This document shows, one piece after another, positions 61,419 to 64,000 of a stretch of 64,000 bases of DNA (its first letter is position 1; every line of letters begins with the position of its first letter). The translations under genes and the position numbers were made by a program. The notes under the pieces are model-generated. The model did not search any database. It saw nothing but the letters and a program-made list of their open reading frames with translations, and was not told where the DNA came from. Where the stretch lies: positions 672,001 to 736,000 of the forward strand of contig CAVRAL010000001.1 in NCBI GenBank assembly GCA_963719085.1, in the 5' to 3' direction. The stretch is from a candidate division FCPU426 bacterium. Lineage in GTDB: Bacteria > Oederibacteriota > Muellerivitia > Muellerivitales > Muellerivitaceae.

Positions 61419-62693
61419 TTGGATATTCTAGTTATCGGTAGCGGTGGACGGGAGCACGCCCTATGTTGGGCGCTGGCCAAGTCTAGCCGCAAACCCAAGC
61501 TCTACTGCGCGCCCGGAAACGCCGGGATCGCCGAATTAGCCGAGTGCGTGCCCATTTCCGCCGAGGATATCCCGGGTCTGGTCCACTGGGTTCGAGACCA
61601 TAAACCCAATCTCGTCATGATTGGCCCCGAAGTGCCACTGGCCCTCGGGCTGGCCGATGAACTGCTCAAAGAAAATGTCATGGTGGTCGGACCGGTTAAG
61701 GCTGGGGCCCAAATGGAAGCTAGTAAAGACTTCACTAAGCAACTCTTAATTGAAAACAACATCCCAACGGCCAAGTCCGGCACCTTTATCGATTATGAGA
61801 AGGCCTTGGCTTATCTCCGAGCAGAAGGCGCGCCAATCGTCATCAAGGCTGATGGATTGGCCGCGGGCAAGGGTGTGACGGTTTGCGAGAATCTAGAACA
61901 AGCCGAAGCCGCTTTGAAAGAAGCGATGAAAGATAAGGCCTTCGGCGAAGCCGGCTCCAAAGTGGTGATTGAGGAATTGCTAGTCGGTGAGGAAGCTTCG
62001 GTTTTGGCTTTTGTGGATGGAGAAACAATTGTTCCCATGGTCAGCGCCCAAGATCATAAACGCGTTTTTGACGGGGACAAAGGTCCCAATACGGGCGGCA
62101 TGGGCGCCTATTCACCGGCCCCCGTGGTAACGCCCGAGCTTGAAACTTTGATCCTTGAAACAATTCTTAAGCCAACCGTGGAAGCCCTGAAAAAAAGAGG
62201 AATTGTCTATCGGGGAATTCTTTACGCCGGGTTGATGATGACGGCGCAAGGTCCCAAGGTGATTGAATATAACTGCCGGTTTGGCGATCCTGAAACCCAA
62301 GTCATCTTGCCCAGGCTCAAGACCGACCTCGTTAATATCCTGATGGCGGTTGCCCAGGGAAAACTGTCCCACTTGAAGGTGGAATGGGACATCAGGCCGG
62401 CGGCTTGCGTGGTTTTGGCCTCGGGCGGCTATCCGGGATCTTATGCCAAAGGCAAAGTCATTCATGGCTTAAAAGAAGCCGCTCAAGTGAAGGACTCGGT
62501 GGTTTTTCACTCAGGAACGGCCTTAAAAGACGGGCAGGTGGTTACAGCGGGCGGCCGGGTACTTTGCGTGACCGGCCTGGGAGAAACGATTGAGGTTGCC
62601 ATTCAAAAGGCCTATGAAGCGCTGAAGCCAATCCAGTTTGAAGGGGCCTATTTTCGGCGTGATATCGGCTGGCGGGCCATCGGCAGGAAATGA
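61419..62693 (+). CDS. purD: Phosphoribosylamine-glycine ligase
   Basis: GSGGREHA, KADGLAAGKGV, QDHKR, GPNTGGMGAY, EYNCRFGDPE. Confidence 0.97.
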   Translation: MDILVIGSGGREHALCWALAKSSRKPKLYCAPGNAGIAELAECVPISAEDIPGLVHWVRDHKPNLVMIGPEVPLALGLADELLKENVMVVGPVKAGAQMEASKDFTKQLLIENNIPTAKSGTFIDYEKALAYLRAEGAPIVIKADGLAAGKGVTVCENLEQAEAALKEAMKDKAFGEAGSKVVIEELLVGEEASVLAFVDGETIVPMVSAQDHKRVFDGDKGPNTGGMGAYSPAPVVTPELETLILETILKPTVEALKKRGIVYRGILYAGLMMTAQGPKVIEYNCRFGDPETQVILPRLKTDLVNILMAVAQGKLSHLKVEWDIRPAACVVLASGGYPGSYAKGKVIHGLKEAAQVKDSVVFHSGTALKDGQVVTAGGRVLCVTGLGETIEVAIQKAYEALKPIQFEGAYFRRDIGWRAIGRK

Positions 62694-62804
62694 AGATTCA
62701 TGCTGAAAAATCAGCCGTTCTTTGAGAAAATCAGGGTAGGGCTGGTTTAACGAAGCCCAGTTCCGTAAATTGAACCGTCGGTTATCACTGAATGGGGTCC
62801 CAAA

Positions 62805-63461
62805 ATGAGCGGAAAAAAAGCCGAGACGAAGGTTCTGCCTTACTCTCAGCCTAATTTATTACAGCTGGCCGAAGTCCTGCGCAATGGCGGCATTGGCATT
62901 TTCCCGACCGATACCATTTATGATATCGGCTGTTCGGTCAAAAAGCCTGATGCCCTCAAGCGGATTTTCGCGCTCAAAGCCCGCAGTTTAAATCAGTCGC
63001 TTTCCATCCTCATCTCCCGGCCCGAAGTGGCTTTGGAAATCGCTGATTTTCGTGAAAAAGACTTGGATATCCTCAAGAAAATTTGGCCGGGTCCTTGGAC
63101 CTTGATCACTAAAGCCCGGGCGCCTTTGCCGGCCGGAGCCGTGGGTCCGGATGGAACGGTCGCCCTGCGCTGCCCGGATCATGGGATTGCCTTGGAATTA
63201 TTGCGGGATGTGGGGGATACCTTGGCGGTTTCCAGCGCGAATTTTTCCGGCGCCAAAAGCCCGGCCCGGTTTGATGAAATTGATCCTGAGGTCTTGGAAC
63301 AAGTTGATTGCGCTTTGGATGCCGGCGTCTGCCCCTTGGGCGGCGAGACCGCGATCGCCCGTTTTGAGAACAAAAAGCACCGGATTATCCGCACCGGGTG
63401 TGTTTCCAAAGAAGAAGTGGCCCGTATTGAAGTCCTTTTAAACCAGATCAACCGCGACTAA
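62805..63461 (+). CDS. tsaC: TsaC/YrdC/Sua5 threonylcarbamoyl-AMP synthase family (short form, divergent motifs)
   Basis: FPTDTIY, WPGPWT, ALRCPDH, SSANFSG; precedes ywlE-rpiB. Confidence 0.82.
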   Translation: MSGKKAETKVLPYSQPNLLQLAEVLRNGGIGIFPTDTIYDIGCSVKKPDALKRIFALKARSLNQSLSILISRPEVALEIADFREKDLDILKKIWPGPWTLITKARAPLPAGAVGPDGTVALRCPDHGIALELLRDVGDTLAVSSANFSGAKSPARFDEIDPEVLEQVDCALDAGVCPLGGETAIARFENKKHRIIRTGCVSKEEVARIEVLLNQINRD

Positions 63462-63493
63462 ATCCATCCCGTCGGTCTTGGAGGGTACGCCAG

Positions 63494-63943
63494 TTGCCTC
63501 AAAAGATCGTCTTTGTTTGTACGGGAAATACCTGCCGAAGCCCGATGGCCGAAGGATTATTGAGGAAGGCCGCGGGTGAAGGTCAAATCGGCGTGGAAGT
63601 TCAATCCGCGGGATTAGCGGCTTTCCCCGGGCTTCCCGCGACCATGGAAGCGGTGGAAGTTTGCCGGGAAAAGGGCGTGGACCTTTCCGGCCACCAAAGC
63701 CAGCCCCTAGGAAAAGATTTGGTGCTTAACAGCGACTTGATTTTAACCATGACGTCGAAGCATAAAGACATGATCCTGAAAAAAATGCCGGCTTTGGAAG
63801 GTAAAGTTAAACAGTTTTCCGAGTTCGCGGGAGACGGGGTGGTGGATGTGGAGGACCCAATTGGGCGCCCATTGGATGTTTACCGTCAAGTGCGGGATCA
63901 AATTGAGGGATTCATCCAGAAATCCTTGAGCCAATTAAAGTGA
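63494..63943 (+). CDS. ywlE: Low-molecular-weight protein-arginine phosphatase (YwlE-type)
   Basis: P-loop CTGNTCRS (Thr variant), SAG, DPIG; tsaC-ywlE-rpiB context. Confidence 0.82.
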   Translation: MPQKIVFVCTGNTCRSPMAEGLLRKAAGEGQIGVEVQSAGLAAFPGLPATMEAVEVCREKGVDLSGHQSQPLGKDLVLNSDLILTMTSKHKDMILKKMPALEGKVKQFSEFAGDGVVDVEDPIGRPLDVYRQVRDQIEGFIQKSLSQLK

Positions 63944-63956
63944 CGGGGAATCAACC

Positions 63957-64000
63957 ATGAAAATAGCCATAGGCGCCGACCACGCTGGTTTTGAGCTCAA
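63957..64000 (+). CDS. rpiB: Ribose-5-phosphate isomerase B (N-terminus only, truncated by the window edge)
   Basis: MKIAIGADHAGFEL. Confidence 0.85.
   Translation, partial: MKIAIGADHAGFEL

Overview
This is 64 kb of bacterial chromosome, mostly housekeeping genes. The organism looks like a diderm (LolE/LolD, TamB, BamA) with several Firmicutes-like gene orders (mcsA-mcsB-clpC, purS-purQ-purL, tsaC-ywlE-rpiB, ymdB). In order, the window holds: heme genes (hemD, hemB, hemL); two secreted Thr/Pro-rich TPR paralogs; a minus-strand pheT-zapB-zapA ... 6S RNA-rarA-ygfA-ymdB region split by glgP; frameshifted prfB; a lysS-lolE-lolD-mcsA-mcsB-clpC-tamB-bamA-surE run; and a purine operon (purB, S, Q, L, F // M, N, H, D). 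The purine operon is interrupted by a ~12 kb accessory block, which includes a probable lipid-linked sugar-modification cassette, and by a WaaL-like/TPR gene. The most striking unexplained structure is a set of 10 complete intergenic long inverted-repeat elements plus 1 half copy. Their arms are built from 8-10 nt tandem units, and the unit sequence co-varies between the two arms of each copy. No transposase, integrase, CRISPR array, rRNA or tRNA was recognised. All calls are from reading motifs by eye; no database searches were run.
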